Positions 6,882-16,535 of a stretch of DNA of 37,416 nucleotides are shown piece after piece. A model generated the notes under the pieces. The model made no database searches and was not told where the DNA came from. It saw nothing but the letters and a program-made list of their open reading frames with translations. A program made the position numbers and the translations under genes. This DNA is from Lachnospiraceae bacterium. Lineage in GTDB: Bacteria > Bacillota > Clostridia > Lachnospirales > Lachnospiraceae. Numbering within the stretch: position 1 is the first letter of the stretch; each line of letters opens with the position of its first letter. The stretch lies in contig JBJELR010000335.1 in NCBI GenBank assembly GCA_051879255.1, forward strand, positions 1 to 37,416, read 5' to 3'.

Positions 6882-9362
6882 ATGAATCAACGAATTAAAT
6901 TAAGCCGAGGAATTCAATATGTAATGGCAGCAGCGGCAGTCATACTGTTTTTGCTGTTCTGGCCCTTTGGGATAATTGAGAGCAGGTATACCGCTAAAAG
7001 TGATGAGGTGATTTTACAAAAATCGGACCCCATCAGTGTAGAGAATAATGGAACCCAGATGTTTATTGCCCAGGGGAGTAACCTGAAGGCGGTGGATCTT
7101 TATGTTGCCAATGATATGCGGGCAGAAACCATCACCTTTCGGCTTTACGACAGTGCCTATCAGCAGCTTTGGGAAACCTTTTATGTGGTAGATGCAGATA
7201 CAACATTCCCCGGATTTATCCGTATTCCTATTGAGATGGAAACGGTAGAGGGTTGGGAATATTATTATACCGTAGAGGGGCTTACCAGCGATTTGGAGCT
7301 GTATTACGAGGATACGGTCAGGTCAACCTCCTTTGCCAACGGAACCTATCTTTATGGAGGGGCAGAGATGTCGGGCATTAATCTGATTGCCCGCTATCGC
7401 TATACCACTCCCTTTTCCTGGTGGATGATTGTGATTTTCGGTCTGCTTCTGGGGACAGCAGCAATAACCCTGTGGAAGCTGACGGATAGGCTTTTTGCAG
7501 CAAAATGGGCAGATAAAAATAAGGAAATTACCGTACAGAAGCTTTTGCAATGGACCCTGGGGCCGCTTATCCTTCTGGCAATGCTGGCCGCTTTGCTGAC
7601 CGTTTTTCCGGGGCGGACTTTTGGCAGAGGCAAAGTGAACTATGGATTTTACTACCTGGGGATTATGCTTACGGCAGGAGTGCTGTTGTATGGAGTAAGT
7701 CATAAACGATTGGGGCAGGAGCCTTTAATCAACTTAAATAAGATAAAAAGCAGCTGGCCCAATTGGGCCATGTCTGTCTGCTTTGCAGGAGCGTTATGGT
7801 CCTGCTATGAATATATGAATGGGCTTTATGATATCCATCACAGTTATGCTACCTGCAGGCTGCTGGTCTGGTTTGCCCTGGCCACGATTTTCACCTTCAG
7901 GTTCAACAGGCAGGAGCTTTTTAAGGTATACAACCTGATTTATCTGGCAGCAGCCGGTGTAGGAGGCTATTTTTATGCAAAACCCTACCGGGGAGTGGAG
8001 GAGCTGGAGGAGCTTTACCGTCTGCAGGCCTATGTTCTGGTGGTCTGTGGATTTGCCCTGCTGCAGATGCTCATTGCCCTGGTGAAGACGATGGGGAAAA
8101 AAAGGCAGGCTGCAGCTTACTGGTATCTTCCTTATACAGGTGCGTTGGCTTTGTTTCTTGGGATGCTGGTCATTTTCCGCAATACCCGTACCTGGCCTGT
8201 TTTACTGGCAGTGGTTTTCGGCCTTTTTTATCTGCGGATGTGGATGTGGGAAAAGCGGGACAGCCTGCCGGAAATTTTTTGTAATGGAATCATCTTAAAC
8301 TTTCTCTATACGGTAGTCTACTGCCTTATGCATCGCCCTTATCTGCGGTTCAGACACAACCGTTACGGAATGACCTATCATACCGTTACCATGACCGGTT
8401 ATTATCTGGCTCTGGTGCTCTGTGCCATCATGGTGCGCCTGTTTGTGCAGTATAGGAAAAATGGGCGATGGCAGGATGCCTGGAAGGAATTGTGCCTTTT
8501 GGGAACGGGAAATGTATATCTGTTTTTAACTCTGTCCAGAACAGGCTATCTGGCAGCCTTTGTAATGGAAATGTTTATGATCATTTTTCTCTCTGCGCTG
8601 TGGGAAAGAAAGAAGCTAAAGGCTGTCTTTAAGGCGATAGGGCTTACCTTAGGGGTTAGTATACTGTTTTTTCCCATTGTGTTTACGGCTCAGAGAATTG
8701 TGCCCACTCTTTTCAATGACCCCATTTATTCGGAAATTGAGGTGTGGGAATATACGACACAAGAAAACACCCCCAGAGATTCAGAGCTTTATATTGATTT
8801 GGAAGCCTTTGTAAAAATCATGAAAAACAAGCTGTTTGGGATGAAAATGGAAAATATTTCCTTAAGCAGCATAAGAGATAAGCTGCAGCCGGTGTATTTA
8901 CAGTCCCAGGGAAGGCTTTTGGCCAGTGTTTCTCCCACAGAGGGGGAGGAAAGGGATTTTTCCAATGGCCGGATGGAGATTTTTCGGGAATACATTGGTC
9001 AGTGGAACATGACGGGACACGATGAGATGGGATTTCCCTTTCCCGATGGAAGTATCTCTACTCATGCCCATAATACCTATTTACAGGTAGCCCATGACCA
9101 TGGGGTAATTACAGGAGTTATTTTCCTGCTTTTTGGTATTTACACCTTCCTTCTTGCGGTTTACCGCTATGTCAGGGAAAGAGAAAAGCAGCCTTATCTG
9201 ACCTTGATTATTGCCGTCACCATAGCCTTTGGAGCAGCGGGAATGGTGGAGTGGATTTTTCATCCTTGTAATCCCTTTGGCTTTTCCCTAATGGTGGTGA
9301 TTGCCCCTCTGCTGTTTAAACCGGGCAGACCACAGGTCATAAATGGAGGAAAACATGAATAA
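6882..9362 (+). CDS. O-antigen ligase/polymerase-like (Wzy_C domain) membrane protein with an N-terminal extracytoplasmic domain (about 826 aa)
   Basis: ORF 6840..9362. ATG 6882 (MNQRIKLSRG..., then TM1) is preferred. A Wzy_C-type signature sits near the C-terminus: GRMEIFREYI...STHAHNTYLQVAHDHGVITGVIFLLFG. A domain of about 170 aa without TM segments lies between TM1 and TM2. Confidence 0.7.
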   Translation: MNQRIKLSRGIQYVMAAAAVILFLLFWPFGIIESRYTAKSDEVILQKSDPISVENNGTQMFIAQGSNLKAVDLYVANDMRAETITFRLYDSAYQQLWETFYVVDADTTFPGFIRIPIEMETVEGWEYYYTVEGLTSDLELYYEDTVRSTSFANGTYLYGGAEMSGINLIARYRYTTPFSWWMIVIFGLLLGTAAITLWKLTDRLFAAKWADKNKEITVQKLLQWTLGPLILLAMLAALLTVFPGRTFGRGKVNYGFYYLGIMLTAGVLLYGVSHKRLGQEPLINLNKIKSSWPNWAMSVCFAGALWSCYEYMNGLYDIHHSYATCRLLVWFALATIFTFRFNRQELFKVYNLIYLAAAGVGGYFYAKPYRGVEELEELYRLQAYVLVVCGFALLQMLIALVKTMGKKRQAAAYWYLPYTGALALFLGMLVIFRNTRTWPVLLAVVFGLFYLRMWMWEKRDSLPEIFCNGIILNFLYTVVYCLMHRPYLRFRHNRYGMTYHTVTMTGYYLALVLCAIMVRLFVQYRKNGRWQDAWKELCLLGTGNVYLFLTLSRTGYLAAFVMEMFMIIFLSALWERKKLKAVFKAIGLTLGVSILFFPIVFTAQRIVPTLFNDPIYSEIEVWEYTTQENTPRDSELYIDLEAFVKIMKNKLFGMKMENISLSSIRDKLQPVYLQSQGRLLASVSPTEGEERDFSNGRMEIFREYIGQWNMTGHDEMGFPFPDGSISTHAHNTYLQVAHDHGVITGVIFLLFGIYTFLLAVYRYVREREKQPYLTLIIAVTIAFGAAGMVEWIFHPCNPFGFSLMVVIAPLLFKPGRPQVINGGKHE

Positions 9363-11229
9363 GAATACCTTTAATCGTCAGCTTTTTTCCCGCAGAGCAG
9401 GGCTGATGCTTTATGATGTAGCCAGTGTACTGGCAGCCAGCTTTCTGGCTATTTCCATGCGTTATGAATTTAACTATGACATGATTCCCTCCTACTTTTT
9501 GGAGACTATTGCCCGCTTTCTGCCCTTTAATGTTGTGATTACACTGGCTGTTTTCTATGTTTTTCGCCTCTATCACAGTTTATGGGCATTTGCGGGAGAA
9601 AATGAGTTACAGAATGTGGTGGTGGCCAGCTTTCTTGCTTCTGCAGTTAACGGATTAGGATTATTTGCAGTAAGGGTACAGCCCAAGGCAGTACCCAGCA
9701 GCTACTATTTTATGTATACCTTTTTGCTGATTACCTTTACCTTTATCAGCCGATTTTCCTATCGCTTTCTGCGCAACAAAAAGCACAAAATACAAAATAA
9801 GAAAAACACCACAAGGGTAATGATTATTGGTGCCGGTGAAGCCGGAAATGCTATTATCAAGGAAATCGTCAGCAGTAACTATTCCACCATGACCATAGGC
9901 TGCATCATCGATGACGATGCGAAAAAATGGGGAAACTTTATCCAGGGCATCCGGGTGGCAGGAGGCCGGGATAAAATTTTGGAATGCGTGGATTTGTATA
10001 GCATAGATGAAATTTTTATTGCCATTCCCTCTGCCTCCAGAAAAGCCATTCGGGAAATTCTGGAAATCTGTAAGGAGACAGAATGTAAGCTGAAAGCCCT
10101 TCCGGGAATCTACCAGTTGGTTAATGGGGAAGTCAATGTAAGTCAGTTAAGAGATGTGGAGGTAGAGGACCTTCTGGGCAGAGACCCCATCAAGGTGGAC
10201 TTAAACTCTATTTTGCAGTATGTCAGCCAAAAAACGGTACTGGTAACCGGGGGAGGAGGCTCCATTGGCAGTGAGCTGTGTCGCCAGATTGCCCAGCACA
10301 AGCCCAAAAAGCTGATTCTGGTGGATATCTATGAAAACAGCGCATATGATGTACAGCAGGAATTACAGTATAAACACCCGGAACTGGATTTGGTGGTGTT
10401 AATTGCTTCTGTGCGCAATACCAATCGAATGAACTCTATTTTTGAAACCTACAGGCCGGATATCGTCTACCATGCGGCAGCCCATAAGCATGTGCCGCTA
10501 ATGGAAGCCAGTCCCAATGAAGCAGTCAAAAATAACGTGTTCGGCACCTGGAAAACGGCCCAGGCAGCGGCCTATTACGGAACCGGAAAGTTTGTGATGA
10601 TCAGTACCGACAAGGCCGTTAATCCTACCAATATCATGGGAGCCAGCAAACGGATTTGTGAAATGATTATTCAGACCTTTAATCGCCATTATGATACAGA
10701 ATTTGTGGCAGTACGTTTCGGTAATGTGCTTGGCAGCAACGGCAGTGTTATTCCTCTGTTTAAAAAGCAGATTCAGCAGGGAGGGCCGGTAACGGTAACG
10801 CATCCCGATATTATTCGTTACTTTATGACCATACCGGAGGCGGTTTCTTTGGTGCTTCAGGCGGGAGCCTATGCCAGAGGCGGAGAGATTTTCGTTTTGG
10901 ATATGGGTGAGCCGGTGAAGATTCTGGATTTGGCCAAAAATTTGATTCGTCTGTCCGGCTATAAGGTGGGCGAAGATATTCAGATTGAGTTTACCGGTCT
11001 TCGTCCCGGGGAAAAATTATATGAGGAGCTTCTAATGGACGAGGAGGGTCTGCAGGATACGGATAATAAAATGATCCATATCGGAAAGCCCATAGAACTG
11101 GATGAGATGGCCTTTTTTGCCCAACTGAAACGGCTGAAGGAGGAGTCCAAAAACGAGAGTAAAGACATTCGTCAACTGATTAAAGAAATTGTGCCTACCT
11201 ATCAGATACGGGAGGAACAGGAAGCATAG
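9355..11229 (+). CDS. Membrane-anchored nucleotide-sugar 4,6-dehydratase of the CapD/PglF/WbpM/EpsC family, probably acting on UDP-GlcNAc
   Basis: ORF 9343..11229. ATG 9355 has GGAGGA 4 nt upstream. It has four N-terminal TM segments and two Rossmann motifs (VMIIGAGEAGNAI and VLVTGGGGSIGSEL). The family block ISTDKAVNPTNIMGASKR is present. Confidence 0.85.
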   Translation: MNKNTFNRQLFSRRAGLMLYDVASVLAASFLAISMRYEFNYDMIPSYFLETIARFLPFNVVITLAVFYVFRLYHSLWAFAGENELQNVVVASFLASAVNGLGLFAVRVQPKAVPSSYYFMYTFLLITFTFISRFSYRFLRNKKHKIQNKKNTTRVMIIGAGEAGNAIIKEIVSSNYSTMTIGCIIDDDAKKWGNFIQGIRVAGGRDKILECVDLYSIDEIFIAIPSASRKAIREILEICKETECKLKALPGIYQLVNGEVNVSQLRDVEVEDLLGRDPIKVDLNSILQYVSQKTVLVTGGGGSIGSELCRQIAQHKPKKLILVDIYENSAYDVQQELQYKHPELDLVVLIASVRNTNRMNSIFETYRPDIVYHAAAHKHVPLMEASPNEAVKNNVFGTWKTAQAAAYYGTGKFVMISTDKAVNPTNIMGASKRICEMIIQTFNRHYDTEFVAVRFGNVLGSNGSVIPLFKKQIQQGGPVTVTHPDIIRYFMTIPEAVSLVLQAGAYARGGEIFVLDMGEPVKILDLAKNLIRLSGYKVGEDIQIEFTGLRPGEKLYEELLMDEEGLQDTDNKMIHIGKPIELDEMAFFAQLKRLKEESKNESKDIRQLIKEIVPTYQIREEQEA

Positions 11230-11293
11230 TTAAAGAGTATCGCAGACCAGGCTTGCGGTATAGATAGAGAGTAGATTCAGAATGAGGATTATT

Positions 11294-12427
11294 ATGGAAA
11301 AAAAACGGATTTATCTTTCTTCTCCCACCATCCATGGGGAGGAACAGCAATTTGTACAGGAGGCCTTTGATACCAATTGGGTAGCCCCCTTAGGCCCTAA
11401 CGTGAATCATCTGGAGGAAGAAATGTGTGCTTATACCGGGGCAGGGGCTGCCGCCGCCTTAAGCGCAGGTACGGCTGCTATCCATTTAAGTCTTAAGCTG
11501 CTTGATTTACAGCCCCAGGATGTGGTGTTTGTGTCGGATTTAACCTTTTCTGCCACCTGTAACCCAATCTGCTATGAAAAGGCCTCCCCTGTGTTTATTG
11601 ACAGTGAGCGGGACACCTGGAATATGTGTCCCAAGGCATTGGAGAAGGCCTTCAGCCTTTATCCCAACCCCAAGGCGGTAATTTGTGTGCATCTTTATGG
11701 TACGCCGGCTAAGCTGGAGGAAATTCAGGCCATCTGCAGCGCCCATCAGGTTCCCTTGATTGAGGATGCGGCAGAATCCTTAAGTGCCCTCTATCTGGGA
11801 AAACAGACCGGTACCTTTGGAAAATTTGGAATCTATTCCTTTAACGGAAATAAAATCATTACCAGCTCCGGCGGAGGTATGCTGGTATCCGAGGATGAGG
11901 AGGCCATTGAAAGAGCCAGATTTTTGTCCACCCAGGCCAGAGACCAGGCCAGACATTATCAGCACTCCAGGATTGGGTATAATTACCGGATGTCCAATAT
12001 TGTGGCCGGAATCGCAAGGGGGCAGCTTATCCATCTGGAGGAGCATAAAGCACTGAAAAAGAAAATCTATGAGCAGTACAAAAAGGCCTTTTCGGATATT
12101 TCGGAAATTGCCATGAATCCCATGAATCCTAAGGGGGAGGCCAATAACTGGCTGTCCTGTCTGACCATTGAAGAAGGTTCAAGGGTAACGCCCAATCAGA
12201 TCATGGATGCTTTAGAGGCAGAAAATATGGAATCCAGACCCATATGGAAGCCTATGCATCTGCAGCCGGTATTTGAGAAATATGACTTTGTTTCTCTGGA
12301 GCCTAGAGATAAGGCCATCGGAGAGGATATTTTTAACCGGGGACTTTGTCTGCCCAGCGATATTAAGAATACGGCGGAAGATATGGAGAGAATTATCGGC
12401 ATCGTCAGAGCCTGCTTTGGAAAGTAG
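11294..12427 (+). CDS. DegT-family PLP aminotransferase, PglE/EpsN/WcfR type (UDP-4-keto-6-deoxy-HexNAc C4 transaminase)
   Basis: ORF 11282..12427. The MEKKRIYLSSP start resembles EpsN-type N-termini. Motifs seen are NWVAPLGP and GTAAIHL, plus the PLP-lysine block YSFNGNKIITSSGGGMLVS. Confidence 0.8.
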   Translation: MEKKRIYLSSPTIHGEEQQFVQEAFDTNWVAPLGPNVNHLEEEMCAYTGAGAAAALSAGTAAIHLSLKLLDLQPQDVVFVSDLTFSATCNPICYEKASPVFIDSERDTWNMCPKALEKAFSLYPNPKAVICVHLYGTPAKLEEIQAICSAHQVPLIEDAAESLSALYLGKQTGTFGKFGIYSFNGNKIITSSGGGMLVSEDEEAIERARFLSTQARDQARHYQHSRIGYNYRMSNIVAGIARGQLIHLEEHKALKKKIYEQYKKAFSDISEIAMNPMNPKGEANNWLSCLTIEEGSRVTPNQIMDALEAENMESRPIWKPMHLQPVFEKYDFVSLEPRDKAIGEDIFNRGLCLPSDIKNTAEDMERIIGIVRACFGK

Positions 12428-12464
12428 GAAAGGCGGAATAACCGGCTTTGAAATGGAGGTAAAG

Positions 12465-13085
12465 ATGTATAAAAACGGGATTAAACGGGGATTGGATATT
12501 CTATTGTCGGGTCTGGCTCTTATTCTTCTTTCGCCCCTGCTTTTGGTGGTAGCCATTCTGGTAAGAGTAAAGCTGGGAAGTCCCGTTATTTTTCATCAAA
12601 AGAGGCCGGGAAAGGATGAGAAGATTTTTACCCTCTGCAAATTCCGTACCATGACGGATGATCAGGACGAGGAAGGGAATCTTTTGCCGGACAGTGTAAG
12701 ACTGACCCGGTTCGGAAAGCTGCTTCGATCCACCAGTCTGGATGAGCTGCCGGAGCTGTGGAATATCTTTAAAGGGGATATGAGTATTATCGGCCCCAGA
12801 CCCTTACTGGTTTCTTATCTTCCCTATTATACCAAGGAAGAACAAAAACGGCACAGTGTCCGTCCGGGGCTTACAGGTCTGGCTCAGGTAAACGGAAGAA
12901 GTGCATTAAACTGGGAAGAACGTTTTGCCTATGATTTGGAATACGTGGAAAAATGCAGCCTGTCCATGGATGCGCAGATTTTCTTTAAAACCATTGGCAA
13001 GGTATTTACCCGTTCCGGGACCCTTGAGGGAGAGGCACAGCCCCTGCCGGATTTTGATGATTACCGCAAAAGCCAAAGAGCCTGA
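12465..13085 (+). CDS. Small monotopic phosphoglycosyltransferase (bacterial sugar transferase, PglC/EpsL/WcfS type). This is the initiating enzyme.
   Basis: It lies inside ORF 12273..13085. ATG 12465 has GGAGG 5 nt upstream. An N-terminal re-entrant helix (LDILLSGLALILLSPLLLVVAILV) is followed by the motifs KFRTM, LDELPELWNIFKGDMSIIGPRP and PGLTGLAQVNGR. Confidence 0.88.
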   Translation: MYKNGIKRGLDILLSGLALILLSPLLLVVAILVRVKLGSPVIFHQKRPGKDEKIFTLCKFRTMTDDQDEEGNLLPDSVRLTRFGKLLRSTSLDELPELWNIFKGDMSIIGPRPLLVSYLPYYTKEEQKRHSVRPGLTGLAQVNGRSALNWEERFAYDLEYVEKCSLSMDAQIFFKTIGKVFTRSGTLEGEAQPLPDFDDYRKSQRA

Positions 13086-13138
13086 TGCTCATCCATAAAG
13101 AAATCCGTTTTCAGTAAAGCGAAAGGTAGATGATAGGA

Positions 13139-14122
13139 ATGAATATTTTAATCTTGAGTGCAGGTACAAGGAATAAGATTATCCAGTATTTTAAAAAAGA
13201 GTGTGAGCCGGGAGATCGGGTGATTGCTACGGATTGCAGCAATCTGGCTCCGGCCCTTTATGAAGCGGATGCCTTTTATCTCGTTCCCAGGATTACCCAC
13301 CCGGATTATTTGGATAAAATTCTGGAGATTTGTAAGGCGGAAAAGATTACCGGGGTTTTGTCCCTGATCGATCCTGAACTTTCTCTTTTGGCAAAGCACC
13401 AAAAGGCTTTTGTAGCTGTGGGAACTACTGTCATCGGTTCTGACTACGAATTGGTGGAAACCTGCTTTAACAAATATCGTATGTATAAAAAGCTGAAGGA
13501 GCTGGGTATTCCTACGGGAAGGTGCTACCTGGATAAAGCACTGTTTTATGCCGAAAGAAAGGCGGGAAAAATCGATTATCCGATATTTGTCAAGCCGGTC
13601 TGCGGCAGTGCCAGCCTGCAGATTAACAAGGTCAGCAGCGATGAAGAACTGGAGGTTCTTTTTGATTTGCATGATGATCTGATGATTCAGGAATATATGG
13701 ATGGGACAGAATACGGTGCAGACGTTTATATTGATATGCTTTCGGGAAAGACCAGTGCCATTTTTTTGAAGAAAAAAATAAAAATGAGAGCCGGTGAAAC
13801 GGATAAGTCTGTGTCCGTTAAGGATGAGAGGCTGTTTGCCTTAATCTGCAAATTTGTAGAGGAATGCGGTTTCAGAGGAATTATTGATATTGACATTTTT
13901 AATATCAAGGGAGAATACTATATTTCGGAAGTAAACCCACGATTTGGCGGAGGGTATCCTCATGCTTATGAGAGTGGAGTAAATGTTCCCCGGTTGATTA
14001 TGCAAAACCTGAGAGGAAAGACTACGCCCCCTGCCATTGGAGCTTATGAGGAAGGAATCTGCATGATGAAATACAATGAGGTGCTGATTCGCAGGATTTT
14101 GGAAAAGGATATTGTTGAATGA
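13139..14122 (+). CDS. ATP-grasp domain ligase (carboxylate-amine ligase type), substrate unknown
   Basis: ORF 13130..14122. The layout is typical of ATP-grasp enzymes from polysaccharide loci: NILILSAGTRN, VIATD, PIFVKP, IQEYMDGTEYGADVY and EVNPRFGGGYP. Confidence 0.7.
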   Translation: MNILILSAGTRNKIIQYFKKECEPGDRVIATDCSNLAPALYEADAFYLVPRITHPDYLDKILEICKAEKITGVLSLIDPELSLLAKHQKAFVAVGTTVIGSDYELVETCFNKYRMYKKLKELGIPTGRCYLDKALFYAERKAGKIDYPIFVKPVCGSASLQINKVSSDEELEVLFDLHDDLMIQEYMDGTEYGADVYIDMLSGKTSAIFLKKKIKMRAGETDKSVSVKDERLFALICKFVEECGFRGIIDIDIFNIKGEYYISEVNPRFGGGYPHAYESGVNVPRLIMQNLRGKTTPPAIGAYEEGICMMKYNEVLIRRILEKDIVE

Positions 14123-15207
14123 AGAAGATTCTGATTCTGGCCAATTCCTCAGAAGGCTTATATGACTTTCGATGGGAGTTGGTAGAGGAATTATTAAAGG
14201 AATATCAGGTGTATATCAGTGTGCCGGATCAGATTACGGCTAAAAAGCTTACCGGGGCCGGCTGTCAGGTAATACACACCAAAATGAACAGAAGGGGGAT
14301 GAATCCTGTTCAGGATATGGGGCTTCTTCTGGCTTATGGAAGGTTGATGAGAAAAATTCAGCCGGACTGTATTCTTACCTATACCATCAAGCCCAATATT
14401 TACGGAGGTCTTATGGCCGGTTTAAACCATATTCCCTATATTCCCACCATTACCGGCCTGGGAACGGCCTTCCGGAATACGGGGATGGTGAATCGGCTGG
14501 TAAAGCTTTTGTACCGTATGGCCTTTAGGAGGGCACAGGTGGTATTTTTTCAAAACAAAAGAAACCAAAGGGTGTTTGAGGAGAGCCATCTGCTTACCGG
14601 AAGGGTAAGGGTGGTTGCCGGCTCGGGAGTAAATCTGAACAGTCACCCCGCTGAACCCTATCCGGGAAGAGACAAGCCTCGGTTTTTATTTGTAGGCAGA
14701 CTGATGAAAGAAAAGGGAATCGAAGAATTTCTGAAAACAGCGAAAATGTATGCAAACCAGGCAGAATTTGTTATAATAGGTGATTATGAAGAGGATTACC
14801 GCAGTCAGGTAGAGGCAGCAGTGAGAGAAGATGGCCTTAATTACTGCGGTCCCCAGCGGGATGTACATTCCTTTTACCGGGATGCAGATGGAATAATCGT
14901 AGCCTCCTACCATGAGGGAATGTCCAATGTGGTTTTAGAGGCCTGCGCTACTGCCAGGCCGGTACTGGCTACCAACATCCATGGCTGCCTTGAGGCAGTA
15001 GAGGATAAGGTTACAGGCCTTCTTTTTTCTCCGGGGAGTACACAGGCTCTTAAGGAGGCGGTGGAAGCCTTTCTCCATCTGCCTATAGAGCGCAGGGAGG
15101 CCATGGGCAAGGCAGCCAGACTCAAAATGGAAAGAGAATTTGATCGATGCCAGGTGGCAGCCGCCTATCTGGAAGAAATAAAGCAGGCTGTGGATACAGC
15201 AGAATGA
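14119..15207 (+). CDS. GT4 (GT-B fold) glycosyltransferase
   Basis: ORF 14119..15207. The start overlaps the upstream stop (ATGA). The EX7E-type block is HEGMSNVVLEACATARPVLAT. Confidence 0.8.
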   Translation: MKKILILANSSEGLYDFRWELVEELLKEYQVYISVPDQITAKKLTGAGCQVIHTKMNRRGMNPVQDMGLLLAYGRLMRKIQPDCILTYTIKPNIYGGLMAGLNHIPYIPTITGLGTAFRNTGMVNRLVKLLYRMAFRRAQVVFFQNKRNQRVFEESHLLTGRVRVVAGSGVNLNSHPAEPYPGRDKPRFLFVGRLMKEKGIEEFLKTAKMYANQAEFVIIGDYEEDYRSQVEAAVREDGLNYCGPQRDVHSFYRDADGIIVASYHEGMSNVVLEACATARPVLATNIHGCLEAVEDKVTGLLFSPGSTQALKEAVEAFLHLPIERREAMGKAARLKMEREFDRCQVAAAYLEEIKQAVDTAE

Positions 15208-15216
15208 GAGGTTCTT

Positions 15217-16533
15217 ATGAGTTTATACGATAGGATAGTTAAGGGAGAGGAAAAAATATCCCTGGTGGGCCTGGGCTATGTAGGAATGCCTATAGCAGTG
15301 GCCTTTGCCCGCAAGGTCAAGGTAATCGGTTTTGACCTGAACCAGGAGAAGATTAAGCTGTATCAGTCCGGTATTGATCCCACCAGAGAAGTGGGAGATG
15401 AGGCCATTAAGGAAACTCAGGTGGAGTTTACAGCGGACCCCACAAGGCTTAAGGAGGCCAAATTCCATATTGTGGCGGTACCTACTCCGGTAAATGATGA
15501 CCATACTCCTGACCTGACCCCGGTGGAAGGAGCCAGCAGACTGTTGGGGCAGAATCTGACCAAGGGCTCTATCGTGGTCTTTGAATCTACGGTATATCCG
15601 GGAGTGACAGAGGAAATCTGCGTACCCATTCTGGAAAAGGAATCCGGTCTGACCTGCGGGGTAGATTTCAAAATCGGCTATTCTCCTGAGAGAATCAATC
15701 CGGGAGATAAGGTACACAGATTAGAAACGATTACGAAAATTGTGTCCGGTATGGATGAGGAAACCCTGGATGAGGTGGCTCTGGTCTATGAGCTGGTGGT
15801 AGAGGCCGGGGTTCATCGGGCAGAATCCATTAAGGTGGCAGAGGCCGCCAAGGTGATTGAAAACAGCCAGAGGGATATTAATATTGCCTTTATGAATGAG
15901 TTGTCCATTATTTTCAATAAAATGGGAATCGATACGAAAGCGGTGCTGGAGGCAGCAGGAACAAAGTGGAATTTTCTTCCCTTTTCTCCGGGACTGGTGG
16001 GCGGACATTGTATCGGTGTGGATCCCTATTACCTGACCTATAAGGCAGAACAGTTAGGGTATCACTCTCAGATCATCCTGTCGGGACGTCGGATTAATGA
16101 TGATATGGGAAAATACGTGGCAGAAAGCGTAGTGAAGAACCTGATTAAGGCAGGCCTTCCCGTAAATGGGGCAAGGGTGGCTATTTTAGGCTTCACCTTC
16201 AAGGAAAACTGTCCTGACACCCGAAATACCAAGGTAATCGATATTTATCGGGAGCTGGGTGAATATGGGATCACACCCATGGTGGTAGACCCGGTTGCCG
16301 ATGCTAATGAGGCTAAAAGTCTGTATGGAATTACCTTTGAAGACCTAGAGGAGGTTAAAGACATGGATGCCATCATCATTGCAGTGGCTCATGATGTTTT
16401 TATGCGAATCGATCAGGAACAGATGGCCGGCTTTTTTGCTTCCACAAATAAAGTCAGAGTACTGGCAGATATCAAGGGGATTTATAACCGTAAGATGTAT
16501 AGTAACGAAAACTATCTTTATTGGAGGTTATAG
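15217..16533 (+). CDS. UDP-N-acetylhexosamine 6-dehydrogenase (TviB/WbpO/WbpA family nucleotide-sugar dehydrogenase)
   Basis: ORF 15217..16533. The NAD motif is VGLGYVGMPIAVAF and the catalytic-Cys block is GLVGGHCIGVDPYYL. The overall layout matches TviB-like enzymes. Confidence 0.8.
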   Translation: MSLYDRIVKGEEKISLVGLGYVGMPIAVAFARKVKVIGFDLNQEKIKLYQSGIDPTREVGDEAIKETQVEFTADPTRLKEAKFHIVAVPTPVNDDHTPDLTPVEGASRLLGQNLTKGSIVVFESTVYPGVTEEICVPILEKESGLTCGVDFKIGYSPERINPGDKVHRLETITKIVSGMDEETLDEVALVYELVVEAGVHRAESIKVAEAAKVIENSQRDINIAFMNELSIIFNKMGIDTKAVLEAAGTKWNFLPFSPGLVGGHCIGVDPYYLTYKAEQLGYHSQIILSGRRINDDMGKYVAESVVKNLIKAGLPVNGARVAILGFTFKENCPDTRNTKVIDIYRELGEYGITPMVVDPVADANEAKSLYGITFEDLEEVKDMDAIIIAVAHDVFMRIDQEQMAGFFASTNKVRVLADIKGIYNRKMYSNENYLYWRL

Positions 16534-16535
16534 AA

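Noticed and set aside
11237-11261. An imperfect stem-loop in the gap between the dehydratase and aminotransferase genes, considered as a possible terminator
   Set aside because: The stem needs several G-U pairs, has a 7-nt loop and lacks a following T-tract. It is not repeated elsewhere in the window.
12273-12464. A 5' extension of the phosphoglycosyltransferase ORF that overlaps the aminotransferase gene by about 150 nt
   Set aside because: The extension is out of frame within the aminotransferase 3' end and has no homology features. PglC-type PGTs are about 200 aa and begin just before the re-entrant helix. ATG 12465 has a GGAGG RBS.
13148-13672. Minus-strand ORFs of 164-181 aa, here and at 15223-15717 and 34531-35076
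   Set aside because: All are antisense to motif-supported genes (the ATP-grasp ligase, the dehydrogenase, and GT2/GT14). None has an RBS or a recognisable domain. I treat them as shadow ORFs.
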